Below are positions 1 to 12,900 of a DNA stretch of 64,000 nucleotides, piece after piece. A program made the position numbers and the translations under genes. The notes beneath the pieces are model-generated. The model had not been told where the DNA came from and did not search any database. It was given only the letters and a program-made list of their open reading frames with translations. Source of the stretch: Callorhinchus milii. Its lineage: Eukaryota. The DNA is taken from positions 66,342,001 through 66,406,000 of the forward strand of contig NW_024704743.1 in the NCBI RefSeq assembly GCF_018977255.1. The letters are read 5' to 3'. How positions within the stretch are numbered: position 1 is the first letter of the stretch; every line of letters begins with the position of its first letter.

Positions 1-940
1 AAAATTCCAATAGACTTTTCATGGAAAATCTTCCTCCTAAAAATAGCATGCTGCAACCTTATACAACACAATACAATTTACATTGATATAAAATGTTTCA
101 TGTCAGGAGGACATCTCAAAACGTTTGCTATCTTGATAAAACTTGTGAAATCGGTGGTGCCAGATTATAGATATTCATGAGTGAAGGGCTGAGATCCCGA
201 AGTTGAAACTGTAGTTTATTTGTGAAGGATTGTAGTATTCCTGACCATATAATGTTGCTTAATTAAGGAATGCTTTATGGACTGGATAAAAATGGTCCTT
301 AATGACAGGTTTGGGACTGAGCACCCAGTCCCCCCAACTTCTAGAGAATGATTTCTCCTGCAGGCTATTCACATTCCAAACATCAGCCAAGTTTGATTTT
401 AATTTGTGAGGGTTTAATACTCTGCAACTGAAATAGCTTCTTAACTTAGAATTTTAACTTGAAGATAATTTTTAAGATGGTATCTGGCAAAGACTTTCAA
501 AATCACTGGTACCAGATTGAATGCCTTCATGAGTGGAGGGCTGAGAACCTGCAACTCAAATTGTAGTTCTGATAGAATGCCTAATAACAACCTTTCTAAA
601 AAGCCTACTGAATTAAATACCATCTTAAACCCACAAATACCTCTTTTAAACCTCAAATTGAATAATTTCAATAGTGAGGGTACTCATGCCAAGCCATTGC
701 AAAAACATTCCATTAATGTTTTATGGAATCATATCTAATGGTATACACCATGGATACCCCTATTGCAAGTACTCATGAGATAACACGTGTAATTGTTGCA
801 CTTGTTTGAACTCGCACAGAAGGAAGTTTATACTGCCGGCTTGGGTCGCATGTTCTTAAAGCCTTTGCTATGATAATGCTAAGATCAGCCGAAAGCCATC
901 AGAGAATCTCCATACAAATTTTGCCATTATCCTGATACAC

Positions 941-1008
941 ACAACAACAACAACAAAATTACATTTATAGAGCACCTTTCACGTCGGGAGGACGTCCCAA
1001 AGTGCTGC
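941..1008 (-). mobile_element. L2-clade LINE 3' tail only
   Basis: (CAA)n followed by the reverse complement of the L2 terminal stem-loop GGGACGTCCTCCCGACGTGAAAGG. Confidence 0.8.
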
Positions 1009-1146
1009 CAGTAACAGCACAGAACAAGAAAAGAACTTTAGGCCCATCAAGCCTACTCTCTACAGAGATCACCTACTCACCCCATCTTCTGGGGAACATT
1101 TGGATATGTCTAAGTCTAAAAATAACCATGTAAGGAAAACATAATT

Positions 1147-1188
1147 ATTTTTCTACTGATATTTTTCTACTGATATTTTTCTACTGAT
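1147..1188. repeat. Tandem repeat, 14 bp x 3
   Basis: ATTTTTCTACTGAT occurs three times exactly. Confidence 0.95.
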
Positions 1189-1244
1189 TCCACAGTAGTG
1201 CTTTCTTAGCTCAGGTGCTGACCATATCAACCTGCTCACGCAAT

Positions 1245-2190
1245 CTAACAGAGCAAGTGCGAAATCTCTTTGTCTTGTTTGACCCCCAACTGTCTTTCAA
1301 GCTCTTTATTCAGGCTTTCACTTGCCCAGTTTTCCTCTCACCTCTACAACATTGCCCAGCTCTGTCACTACAACTCTCCCTGGTCAGCCTAAACCCTCAG
1401 TCATCCCTTCACCAAGTCTAGGTTTCATGTTCGTCACCTCAAGACTTGACTACGGAAACTCCCTCCTTATCAACTTCCCCAACTCTTCCCTCCACAAGCT
1501 GCAGATTATCCAGAACTCTGCAGCTCGTGTCCACTCCCACACAATGTTCCGTGACCCCATCAGCGCCTCCCTCGCCCGGCTCCACTGGCTCCCCATCCCT
1601 CAGAGGGTAGAATTCAAAATCCTCATCCTCACTTTCAAGGCCCTCCATGGCCTTGCCCTCTCCTACATCTCTGACCTGCTGACCCCCTATAAACTTGTCT
1701 GCTCCCTCCGCTCAGTAGGGTCCGGCCTGCTCCATGTCTCCTGCCCGACCTGCCCTACCATCGGCGGCCAGGCTTTCAGCCCCACTGACCACACTCTTTG
1801 GAGCTCCATCCCACAATCCCTTCACCTTGCTCCCTCAACTATCGCTGTGAAGTCTTGCAATCCTACTGACCTAGCCATTCTTTTCACTCAACAAAAACGG
1901 CCCGCTTTACATGACCGTCCTGATCCGCCCCACAATTGTTGAATGTGCTTTCAGCTAATCATCCTCAGACTCTGGAATTCCATCCCAGAGGCTCTTTGAC
2001 TCATCCCTTCTCTCCCTACTTTTAAAGGCTGATTTCAGACTTAGTTCTTTGACCATGACTTTGTCATCTTTCCCCTCCACTCTCTTCAGCTCTTCACCTT
2101 CCCCATCTTGGGTCTCCCAACAATTGTATAAAATGCTATGAGACATCTTCACGACTTGAAAAGCCCCATATAAATGTAAATTATATTGTA
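1245..2190 (+). mobile_element. L2-clade LINE ORF2 C-terminal fragment(s) and degraded tail
   Basis: SRLDYGNSLL...KLQIIQNSAAR...LHWLPIPQRVEFKIL motif in ORF 1322-1942. Confidence 0.9.
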
Positions 2191-3557
2191 CAGATATTGT
2201 TTATCTCCAGGCCAACTTGAAAATTCTAATTATTCTCATGACCTACATCAAATAATCTACTGATATGTATGCCATAAATTAATCTCATTATTTTAAAGGC
2301 ATGGGTCATGAATCCAAATTTATAATTATATTTAGGTTCATTCTTCATGACTTAGAGATCCAAGTCCAGGAATCATTTTAGTTGCTCATCTCTGAACCCT
2401 CTTAAATCCTTTAATATCTTTTGAAGACAGGTTGCTATAAACTGTGCACAGTATTCCAATTATGGCATCTCCAGTACTCTACACAAGCTTAGAATAAATT
2501 CGATGAATGTATAGGCAAAATCCCTTCAGCTACAACCTAGTATTTGATTTGCTTTGTTGACAGCAGTTTCATTTGAATAGAAGAGTACAGTGAATGGTCA
2601 ATAATCACATCCAAATCCTTTTTCATTTTTTATCTCTTTCTGTAGGGATATCACATTATACCCTGAGTGGCCTGATTGCCATGAAGACATTTATTCATTC
2701 CTGATGATTCTTCGAAATAGATATTCTTCTTGTATCTGCTTGTGTTAAAGATTCCCCAGTGAATTTCATTGGATTTGAAATTTGACCACAGTGTTAATGT
2801 ATGAAAACTGATGTGAAAAAACAAGCGATCTTCTAATCTATATTTCTTCCTAATTTCTCCTTTATCTGGTCTTTAATGTACCACCCCTTGATAATCTAAA
2901 CAAGCCATTTGGACTCCAATTATTGCTGTCTGCAATTTGCTTTTCCTTTTCCTCCTTTTTACATGCAAAGTTCATTTTTGTGAACCTGAATGTGTTTCAT
3001 AAACTTTCAGTCCTCACTAGTTTTTATGTTGCAAGTTTTATAATATTTCTGTTTCCCGCTAGGCTAGTTTGAACCTATTAAACCACTTTGATCTTATTCT
3101 CGTTAGTTATCTTTTTTNCTCAGAGAAATATATGATTTTTAACTTCCCATGAAATAGTCTTGAAATAAAACATACTGTAAGTATGTCACAGATTTGAGGG
3201 AAGCTCTGAAAATAGATAGAGTTGGAGTGATGTTCTTATGAGTCGCTAAATGCATATTAAGATGATTAAGATATCTTGGAAAATCTATCCCTTAATATTG
3301 TATTTTGTTAGATTGCTAAAAGGGTCATTTTAAGATTGTTCTAAAATAAATGTATGTATTTTAACCATATTTTGCTGTTATTTTAATCTTTCCATTCTCT
3401 CCTTAAATTTCATTGCTTTTAGTGTTTCTTGGCCGAAAATACAAAATCTCACCCCCAGATCTCTGCCAATTTTACTTTTGAGGTAGTGCCTACAAAACTG
3501 CCCAAAATGATTTTCCCTCTGATTTTACCTATACAGAGGAACTCCCCATGTTCTATG

Positions 3558-3952
3558 AAGTCCTGTATCCTAATGGTTAGAGCACTCACCTACACAAGTG
3601 AGAGGATCCGGGTTCAATTCCCGGGCGGGGTGAAACCTTAGGCAAGTTTCCTTACACCATATGCCACTGTTTACCTAGCAGTAAGTAGAAACCTGGTTGT
3701 TAGTCGGTTGGGGGATCACTTTCCGCGGGTAATAATCCATTAAAAAAAATGAATAATTTGGTCACTCAATCCATGATCGTTTGTGGGACACTGCTGTGCC
3801 CAATTGGCTGCCGTGTTTCATCTACAAAATATAGAGTCACTTCACTTTACAGTATATTCTGGGAAGCACTAGTGGTGTCTCAATGATGATATTATTATTA
3901 TAATTATTATTATAAGGCGCTTTATCAAATGCAAGGCTTATATTATTATTAT
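3558..3952 (+). mobile_element. SINE family A (tRNA-Val-like head, Deu-like core, (ATT)n tail)
   Basis: A/B-box head (TGGTTAGAGC...GGTTCAATTCC), core GCTGTGCCCAATTGGCTGCC, tail ATCAAATGCAAGG. Confidence 0.85.
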
Positions 3953-5249
3953 AGTTTGATATTTAGGAAATGAACTGTACTTAATCTGAAGGAAGAATGC
4001 AAAACTTATCAACTAAAGACCTCAACAGTTAATGGAACTAATCAGAAAGGGCAATTTGATTTGGGTATGATATTACTGCTTACCCATTCAAGGCAGTCAG
4101 ATAAGATTATAAAAAGGTTTTGTGCTTCTAACTCCATCTCCCTAAGCAGATAGGTTGATCACTGTTTTTACAGATCCTGTGAAACAACCTCATTTCCTGA
4201 GAAGAACCTCTTTTGTTAATCATCGTCTCTATCATAAAATCGAAAGCTGCTTGCTTTATGTGCAAGTTTAGTTTACCCGCAACAGATAAGGATTATTTGT
4301 TTAAAAGGGAAATGCAAACATAGCAGTAAAGTGAGTTAAAGAGCTTTTGACTTTTTTAGCATTTCAAACCAAGTCGTTCAATTGTCATTATTTCAAACAA
4401 AAGATAAGGAGAAATACAGTCCAAAATTAAAGCAATTAATGAATTTGGAAGACGCTGTTTGAGAACCTGGTATGTTGCAGTTGACCTCACTGCTGTTTAC
4501 TCTGCACCCTTTTCAAATTCAGTTTGAGTTCATGGCATGGTTCAGGGACTGTGTTTAGGAGGGTAGGTATAAAATGTATGAATCTAAGTACGTAAAATTA
4601 CTGGGAAACACAAAAGTCTACATTGCATAAAATCAGTTGAATAAAAGCCCAGGTTAACCTTGACCGGTTTTGTTCTCAAATACAGGTACATGCTGTAACT
4701 CTGTGAAGCCAACTTATTTATAAGGAGATTTAGTGTGCTCTGGTTTTCCGTATGTGAGATATGCATGAAATAGAGAATAATTAACAAATGATTAGTGGCA
4801 TGTGTCTTGCATGGAAAAGCGCAGAGCAACTTGATGAGATTACTGTATTGCAATACAGGCAATGGAAGTCAATTAGAAAAGAGGATATGATACTGATCTC
4901 AAGAACCTAATTAAATCGTTCATATTGAATTCTCCATTAAAGCAGTTATCCAGGGCAGATTTTGCAGACGGCTGTCACAAGAATGGAGAAGAGCAAGCTT
5001 TCATATATTGCCCTCACAACTTCTTATTGGAACAGTGTTTGCCTGGTGAATTGTTTTGTTTCAGGCCAGGGGAATCTCAGAGCATGACCAGGGCTGGCTG
5101 AGAACCAGCAAGAGGATCTGATAAACCCAATGGGTTCAACAATGATGTGATTCTCACAGATACTTGATATGAAAAAGAACACCAGAATGAGAAACTAACC
5201 CAAAATAAATTCCTGAAGAAATTTTAATGTGTTAAACCAGAATATACTT

Positions 5250-5725
5250 TGCTAGTGGCAGTTTCACCTCGGAGCCAGTAAGTTGTGGGGTCAATTCCCA
5301 CATCAGGAATTGAGCTCATAGCCAACCTTTATTGTCGGCCAACAAAATAAATGTTCTTGATTGAATATTTCTAGATTTATGCCAAGAAAACACACTATCG
5401 ATTGAACACAGACTTACCTAGGCTCGAATGAATGTTCAACACATGTTCGGGGGTGGAGGGGGCGCAGGTATGGGTATCTTCTTGATGGCCGCATGGACCC
5501 CAGCGGGACACAGGTTGGCTGTGCCTTGTCTAGGCTGACACTCCAATGTATGCTAAGGTATTGTCCTTCAGATGAAAACTTAAACCAGATGGTTTAAATG
5601 ACACTATTTGAAAAGAAGAAAGTCCTATCCAACAAACCTCCAGGTATCATTGATAATTCGCTTAATGACTGCTTGTGGGACGTTGTTGCATGCAAATTGG
5701 TCCTCTGCAGTTACTTACACATACA
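5250..5725 (+). mobile_element. SINE family B copy interrupted by a hAT-MITE-like insert (~5317-5528)
   Basis: The family B head breaks at GAGCTCATAG and resumes at TCTAGGCTGACAC. The insert begins ...AGCCAACC and ends ...CAGGTTGGCTGTGCCTTG. Confidence 0.65.
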
Positions 5726-6144
5726 CAGTTACAATTGCAGCCTGCTGAGTGGAGGAAACGGACAGGTTGATGTGGGGCTAGCAGGTCATAGAAATAGGAG
5801 GGAGCAAGGTCGTTGAGGGCCTTGAAGGCCAGTAGAGTATGGGTCATTAAGAAACAAAAAAAATATACACACGATAACTAAAGAGAAAAGTCCAGTTAAG
5901 TAATACCTTCCTGGTTATCATTTGGAATCATTATTTGTGAACCAAAGTCACAATATCTCAAGAAGTCTGCATAATGGCTCCTTCCAGTTATTGGAACTAC
6001 ATCACATATGTAGAACCATAGAACTGTAGAAAATTACAACATAAAATAAATCCTTTCAATCCATCATCATCACAGATTTTTAGGGTCAATTAAGAAATAC
6101 TGCATAATTGACTCCAATATTTGGATTTATATGTAAGGACTAAG

Positions 6145-6514
6145 GATAATATTAATAATCCTTGCATTTGATATAGTGCCTTATCATTCTTCTAGATGTC
6201 TCAAAGCACTTTACAGAATATACTGTAAAGTGAATTGACTGTATATTTTGTGGGCAGCAGCCGATTGCGCACAGCAGTGTCCCATAAACAGTCGTGGATT
6301 GAGTGACCACATTTATTTCTATTATTATTATGTTTGGGAGGAATTATTCCCAGAAAAGCAATCAGCCAATCAACTAACAACTGAGTTATACTTACTGCTA
6401 GGTAAACAGGGGTGCATGGAGTAAGGAAACTTGCCCAACGTTTCACCCTGCCAGGAATCAAATCCAGGTCTCCCACATGCGAGGCGAATGCTCTAACCAT
6501 TGACCTACAGAACT
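6145..6514 (-). mobile_element. SINE family A
   Basis: Reverse-complement head, core and tail homologous to 3558-3952. Confidence 0.85.
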
Positions 6515-7394
6515 CTATGGTTTCAGAGCTCTCCAAAGTAATGAAGAGTTTGCAGAACTTGATAGATTAGACTTTGTTTAATGAGAAGGGGGGCTGTTTG
6601 TTGTATTGTGTTCCATATCAAATTGACTGCCACGTTTGCCTACAAATACAAACTGGGTACACTTCACAGTACAATTCTATGAAATGCTGTGCGATGTCTT
6701 GACAATGTGAAAAGACATTATATCAAATGCATGGATTATTATTACATTAGTGCCAAAATACAAAAGCAGCGTGCAGTGGTACTGAGGGATAAAAGGGGTC
6801 AGGGCCCCAAGCTTGAGCCTGGGGATTGATGGGAGATCAGAGACGCTGAGAAAGTTGTATTTGGTAACAAAAGAATATGTCACACATTTCTCATAGCATT
6901 ATCATTGCTTTCACATCATGGCTCAATGTTGATTAATTCTTCCTGGGGGTTTATGCATTCAAGGAACACTGGCAGTGCTCCAGGAAAGAGAAAGTGCAGA
7001 CAGAAAAAGCACTGTGTGAAGATTCACCAAGGGTATTCCATGCAGACTTTTTGATAAAGTATAGAGAGGTATATAATGATATTGGTTGTTGTTGTTGAGT
7101 TACAAATGTTCACAGCATCAATTAGGCTAAAAGTAGTGTCAATGTACATTATCATTTGTCATTCAAAGTAAGGGGCCAATACTCTGCAGATTAAGAAACA
7201 AGAAATTATATGAACTCTCCCTATTAGTTCAGTATGTTACAAAGAGTGGTACAGCATGGAAACAGGTCATTCAGCCCAACTCATCAACTCATCTGTACAT
7301 ATTCCGCTCAATTGCTCTACCCCTCCTTTGCTCTCAACTAGATCCCTCTATCCCCTCACGTTTATTTAAGAAACAGCTGACCCTACAGATCAGG

Positions 7395-7662
7395 TTGTTT
7401 TCCAGTTTGACAGAAGTCTCAGCTGGAGCATCTCTATGAGTGTTACAGTTGCTTCAACTTCCAGTTTTGGGGAAAAAAATATCAGCCAGAGTCCTGATCA
7501 CATTCCAGTCAGACTGGCTGGGGTTGAATGTATGTGGATTCTGGGTGATAAATAGGATCAGCCTTTGCATCAATTTGTTCCCCACTCCTGTCAAATTGCC
7601 TGTTGACACTTACTGTCGAAGGTCACATATGAATAATGATTCCTTGGGTGAGATATCAGAGT
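7395..7662 (+). repeat. Old dispersed repeat family D
   Basis: Homologous by eye to 11920-12115, 34150-34450 and (minus) 28220-28330. Confidence 0.55.
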
Positions 7663-8704
7663 CCAAATTCTGGATCCCAATAGAAAGAAAAAAGAAAAGA
7701 ATTACTTTCAGATGCATAGACTGATGAGGGACAGATAAAAAAACAGAATACATCACTGATAATGTTAGTTTTAAATTCACAATGGGGCCAATAATTAATA
7801 ACTTGCATTTATATACTGCCCTTCAACGTAGGATCGTGTCTTGAAGACTGAATTATCACTGAATGTACCCAGATGTTTCAGAGCCACTCTTTCCTTTCTC
7901 CTCCCAGGCATTTTCAATGGCAATGTCCATGATACCAGGCCTTTCTATAACGTTGTACTTAATCTCATAGAACATGGATTTCAGTTGATGGTTATTGGAA
8001 TACCAGCTGCTCTGAGACTTTTGTTCAGTAAAAAGGTACTTTGCATATTAGCCTGTTTCTGTCCATTCACCAATAGATTTTTGGTAAGTTCAATTTATAG
8101 TTTCTGCCTAAATGATTCCATTGTTAGAACACTGATCAATGGTTAGTTGGAAGGGACAGTGTGAGTGGAAGTGATAGCAATAATAGGAGACTCTCAGGAG
8201 TGGGACGGAGCTGGCTATGGGCTGGGCTAAGTCGGACTTAACTGCAGAGGTAGAACATTAAATAACAAGTAGAAGTATGAAGTACCATTCTAAAGATTAC
8301 TATTTTCAGCAACAGTGTTAAGGTAAACTACCAAATCTCTGATTAATAGTGTAGTTTTCAAAGGCAACCAAATTATAATTGCACACAAACTGGTTCCTGG
8401 TAAGACAGTCTGAGTTGCTCTATAAGAGACAGACATTGGTCAATGACTGTAGTAAAACTGTCAATTTTAGTAAGTTCTGCAATGTTTAAAGTCACTAAAA
8501 CATTACAAGGTGCAGCTGCACGACCTATTGTGTCCTGGCATAAACATGGATGTCTGCTTTAGGTGGCGCCAAGCCTTGTGGTGCTACTGCAGTCACAACC
8601 TCTTTCCAATGTTGAGAGATGGGGATTCTGGCATGGAAAAGGCAACACTTAACAAGTCAACTATCTTGAGGGTTTTACACTGCACTATGTACAACAGTAA
8701 GTTG

Positions 8705-9425
8705 GTTCCTTCGTGGATCACAACAATTGGATCCTCTTACTCCTGTTCCAAGTTCTTCTCTAAGTGACGTCCTTAACCTTGGCAACAGGAAGGCACCCCA
8801 GCCTTCGTGACTCCTGGTTGTGGCTGCAGAGAAGAGTATCTGTCCTCCTGACTGTATCGTCCTCTATCACAACCACATTCCTTTTTGCTCCCCCCACTTG
8901 TGTTGCCTCCTGTACAGAGGTCCTGTGGTCAGTTTGCCCATCCTTCCTACAGGCTTCCTTACCCACATAGGTTGCAAGTACCTCATACGTGTTGGACAAG
9001 GTTAAAGCCCGAGGTTCCTCCACCACTCCCTCTGGAGTCCCCTTACCTGTCTGACTGTCAGTCATGCCATCCTATCCCTGATCACTGACAAGATCTGTAC
9101 ATCTACTGAGCATCAGGGAATTGACTGCTTCCTGGATCAAAGTATCCAGGTAGCTCTCCCACTTCCCTAATGCTGCGCAATGTCTGCACCTCAGATTCCA
9201 GCTCAGCAACTCTGAGCTGAAGTTTCCTTAGTTGCAGACACTTGCTGCAGATGTAGCTGCCTGGGCTCAGGCTGCTCTTCACGAACTCCCACATGCTGCA
9301 GTTGCCGCACAACACCTGCCCTGCCATTCTGCCACTCACACTGACCTCATGGTCATGTCACTTACTGTTTTCCTGCAGCTCCGCTGAGCTCCTCCCTGTG
9401 CTGTTATCGCTCTCCTCTCCGAATT
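8705..9425 (-). mobile_element. CR1-clade LINE 5' region / ORF1 fragment
   Basis: CxxCxMW...YICxKC plus a leucine zipper (LQLRVAELESEVQTL), then LSNxYEVL and an esterase-like start (RNVVVIEDD...CLPVAKVKDV). Frameshifted. Confidence 0.85.
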
Positions 9426-9427
9426 CC

Positions 9428-9575
9428 TTCTTCTCTGTGTCCTCCCCTCTCTTTCTCTCTCTGTCCTCCTCTCCCTTTCTGTCTCTCTGTCCCTCTCTCT
9501 CTCTTTCTCTCTTTCTCTTTCTGTCCCCCTCTCTATTTCTCTCTCTCTCTCATGCTCTGTCTCTCTCTCTGTCTT
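9428..9575. repeat. (CT)n-rich low-complexity tract
   Basis: Imperfect CT/GA repeat abutting the CR1 5' end. Confidence 0.9.
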
Positions 9576-10528
9576 TTTTTAAAGACTTTTTTTAAAAACT
9601 AGATTCAATAGAAGTCGCATTAATGTCACCAACTTCCTCCAAGGATTCTTATTGTTCTGACCTTCTCCGTATGGCAGCTATCTGTCTTCGTATACTTCCG
9701 AAAGTTCTTTGGTGCTGGTTGAACAGCATTGTCTGCTTGACAATCTTCTTAACATTATTGGTTAAGCAAGCGACATCCTGCCAGGTTCTTAAATTGACAG
9801 ATGAATCTGCTTGATTGAGCGCTGGGATTAATAGTGGTCTCAAAAATATAGCTTGCTTTTTACAGCATCTTTTCCTTTATAACAATTACCTCCTGTTTAG
9901 AGAATTTTAACATCTTGTATATTACCTTGAGACATCCTCCTGACATGAAAGGCACTATATACATACAATTTGTTGTAGCTGTTGTTGATAAAGATGCTGC
10001 TTCCACAGCAAAAAGCTGCACTGTAACATGTCCATCTACTTCCACTGGTTAATTCTTCAAAAAATAATCACTGCACATGATAATTATAGGTACAACTATT
10101 ATTCTAAACAAATTCCTCAAAATGTGCTTTGACTGGATGGATTCATATAGCAAATTATTTTTGAAGACTATAAAATATGATTTTGGCTGAGTGCTCACCG
10201 TGGGTGATGGGTTTCACTTAGTCACCACCAGAAATGCCTTCACACCTACCACTGCAATTCACTGTATTACTAAAAAATCTAATTATTCCAGCAGTAGCTC
10301 CACTTGTACTTCATCAGCCACCCAGCCCCATTTTACAAAAGAGAAAACACTGCAATTGGATCAACATGAAAGCTAATTTTCATTTAATCTATAAATACAT
10401 GCTGGCATTTCAGGAAGCTTTTGTGGTGTTGATGACTCAACAGAATTAGGTAAACTGTTACTTGCAGTCATACCAGGCAGAGAGAATTCATACTGTTCCA
10501 GACAAATGGAAATCTCTGCTCTTTGGTG

Positions 10529-10686
10529 CAGTGGTTGCCAAACCATAGCCCACGGGTTTGTTCCAAATAAATGCCTTATTTTCAGTAATTACCGAGTGGC
10601 GATGCCTATGGGGCAGCCATAAATTAAGAAATGTTTAATCACGAAAATCGTTTTTGTTGGTTGACCAAAAAAGTTGGCCACCACTG
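10529..10686. mobile_element. hAT-type MITE
   Basis: TIRs CAGTGGTTGCCAAAC and GTTGGCCACCACTG. The 8-bp flanks CTTTGGTG and CCTTAGTG match at 6 of 8 positions. Confidence 0.75.
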
Positions 10687-11042
10687 CCTTAGTGGAATCC
10701 TTAGCAGTTTTTCTTTTGGGTGGGAGGGGAGGGGTGGGGTGTTGGGTGGACGACAACAACGGCACATAAGGAAACTTACAACCATGCCTAACAATATTCA
10801 GACCAAACTGAAAATTCCATGTATCCCACCTATACAGGACATTCCTGTAAACCATGCTCAGTGGTCGGTTTACACTATGTCGGACACCAAAAAAAGACTG
10901 ATGACTTGAAAGTTACCAGTAGCACACAACATAGAAAAAAATGACAGTTTTGCATTCTAATTATGCTGTCTGACAATTGATTTTTTTCTTCACATACAGT
11001 ACAGTAGTCTATCTGTACTGCCTCTGTTTTGCTTACTTTAGG

Positions 11043-11472
11043 TGTCAGCCTGGCTCAGTCAGCAGCATTCTCGCCTCTGAGTCAAAAGGTTGTATATTCA
11101 AGCTCCACATCGGGACTTTCAACTTACAGTCTAGCCTGATATGTGAATACAGTGCTAGGGAGTGCTGCATTGCTAGAGATCCCTTCCATTGGATTAGATG
11201 CCTATTCAGGTGGATATTTAAAGATACCATGGTGCTATTTGAAATGAGAAGGGAGGAAGTTTTTCCCAGTGTTCTAGTCAACAATCCCCCAAATAAAATT
11301 GTTCATTCACTTCATGGTTGTTGGTGGGATATTGCTGTGTGCAAATTGGCTGCAACAATTGTCTATGAGTACACATTCACTGCACATTACAATAAAAATC
11401 CTGTGAAGTGCTTTAAGACATGTTGATGATGTGATAAGGCACAATGTCAAATGCAAGGATTATTATTATTAC
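11043..11472 (+). mobile_element. SINE family B (tRNA-derived DeuSINE, SacSINE1-like), near full length
   Basis: Head TGTCAGCCTGGCTCAG...CTCTGAGTCA.AAGGTTG, core TTGCTGTGTGCAAATTGGCTGC, tail CAAATGCAAGGATTATT. Confidence 0.85.
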
Positions 11473-11919
11473 TATAACTTTTCCAGCCGCTCCTGAACCT
11501 CCCTCTATTGATTGTGCAAAATAATAAATAATTATTAAAGGCAAAGACCTTAATCCTATTCTATTGATTGAAGACATACAAAGTTAAAAACCCCAAATGC
11601 ATGTTGTGCACACTGAGATCCAGCCTAGGGTAAGGCAACTCAAGATCACAGGAAAATTATGTATGGAGAAGTTCCTTTGGGCCATTTACAACTAGATATT
11701 TCTCATGGTTTAGTTTAGGCTGAAAATCACTGTCTTAAAATATAACATGGTGTGAATTTTTTGGAAAAGTCTTAATTTGGGAACTGTCTTCTCTCAGTTC
11801 TTAAAAAGAACTGCAGAAAACTGGCATCAAAATTAAGATTGATTTTAAGAATTTTCCAAAATCCTGCACAATTTTGAGTATTATGACAATGATCTGAAGG
11901 CTAGAATCGTAAGAAATTT

Positions 11920-12115
11920 TGGGCCTCAGCTAAAGATTCCATCCCTGATGACTATTCAGTGACGTCCACTAAAAAGTGGATGTGGATGTCAGGTAAAACT
12001 AGGATTGGATTTAGCTGAGATACTGTAATGGGTGAATAACCTGTCCACACTCATCATTCTATTTCACACTGGGAGAAAGGCCACTTAGTTGAGATATCAG
12101 AGGCCTAACAGTGTT
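11920..12115 (+). repeat. Old dispersed repeat family D
   Basis: Shares CAGCTA.AG.TTCC...CTGAT.ACTAT.CAGTGA...GGCCACTT...GAG.TA.CAGAG with the 7395 and 34150 copies. Confidence 0.5.
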
Positions 12116-12900
12116 CATGTTAGCTGGGCTTTGTGCTGTCAGGAGACCAGTGAAGAAATTTGTAAAATCCCAAAGATATATAAAATAAATTACTCCAGTA
12201 CCAAATGCATCAAAATCTAGGAAAACTTGAGGTCTTGTTTTATTGGTAAACTATTTATGACTGAATCAACATCTTATTTTTTCATTGATCATAGGACATA
12301 ATCTCTAATCACCAAAAGAAGGAATGTTTCCACTATGTCTTTGTGATGGGATGTGGACTCAGCATAATATCACTATCATTAGCGGTTGGTCAAAGATGAA
12401 TCTCAATGACGCTTGTGTTCAATTTTGTTCTATGTCATTTGGGATTTTGCCCACTGCAACAAAATTATCAAAGGATTCAGAGTGAGGCTATACCTGGAAA
12501 GAACAGGACTTCCATTGTAACGTGTACTATTTGTTTAGTCTGTACTTTGGTTTGATTCAAAGTGCACTTTGCTATAAAATGCTGAATCTATTATAATTAG
12601 ACATGGCATTCATCAATTCCAGTATTAAAATACACATCATTTAATCATCCTCACTTTTAATTTCACCTTCTTTTCACTTTTCACTTTCAATTCGCTCAGT
12701 GCTGCACACTAATTCCTAATCAACAAATCATTTGGGTAAAACACTCCCGGGCTTCTTTCGAAGTTATTCTGTAGCCTCCGTGATTCACATGGACCTGCCT
12801 TTTGGCATTTCATTCCCTCCTGTAGGAAAATGCTTCAATTTTGTTTGCTAGTTGTCAGCACTTTTATAAATGTACATACTGAGGTCTAATTAACTATAGA

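Noticed and set aside
3118..3118. Ambiguous base N
   Set aside because: Assembly ambiguity only.
7841..8146. ORF with an apparent acceptor (CTCCCAG) and donor (AAG|GTACT) on the plus strand
   Set aside because: No recognisable protein and no companion exons.
9293..9595. Leu/Ser-rich 100-aa ORF
   Set aside because: It is a translation of the CT microsatellite and the CR1 antisense strand.
12705..12822. Minus-strand AG followed by EGMKCQKAGPCESRRLQNNFERSPGVFYPND, superficially like IGFBP exon 3
   Set aside because: It lacks the PNC cysteine and KQ motif, and reaches a stop with no donor.
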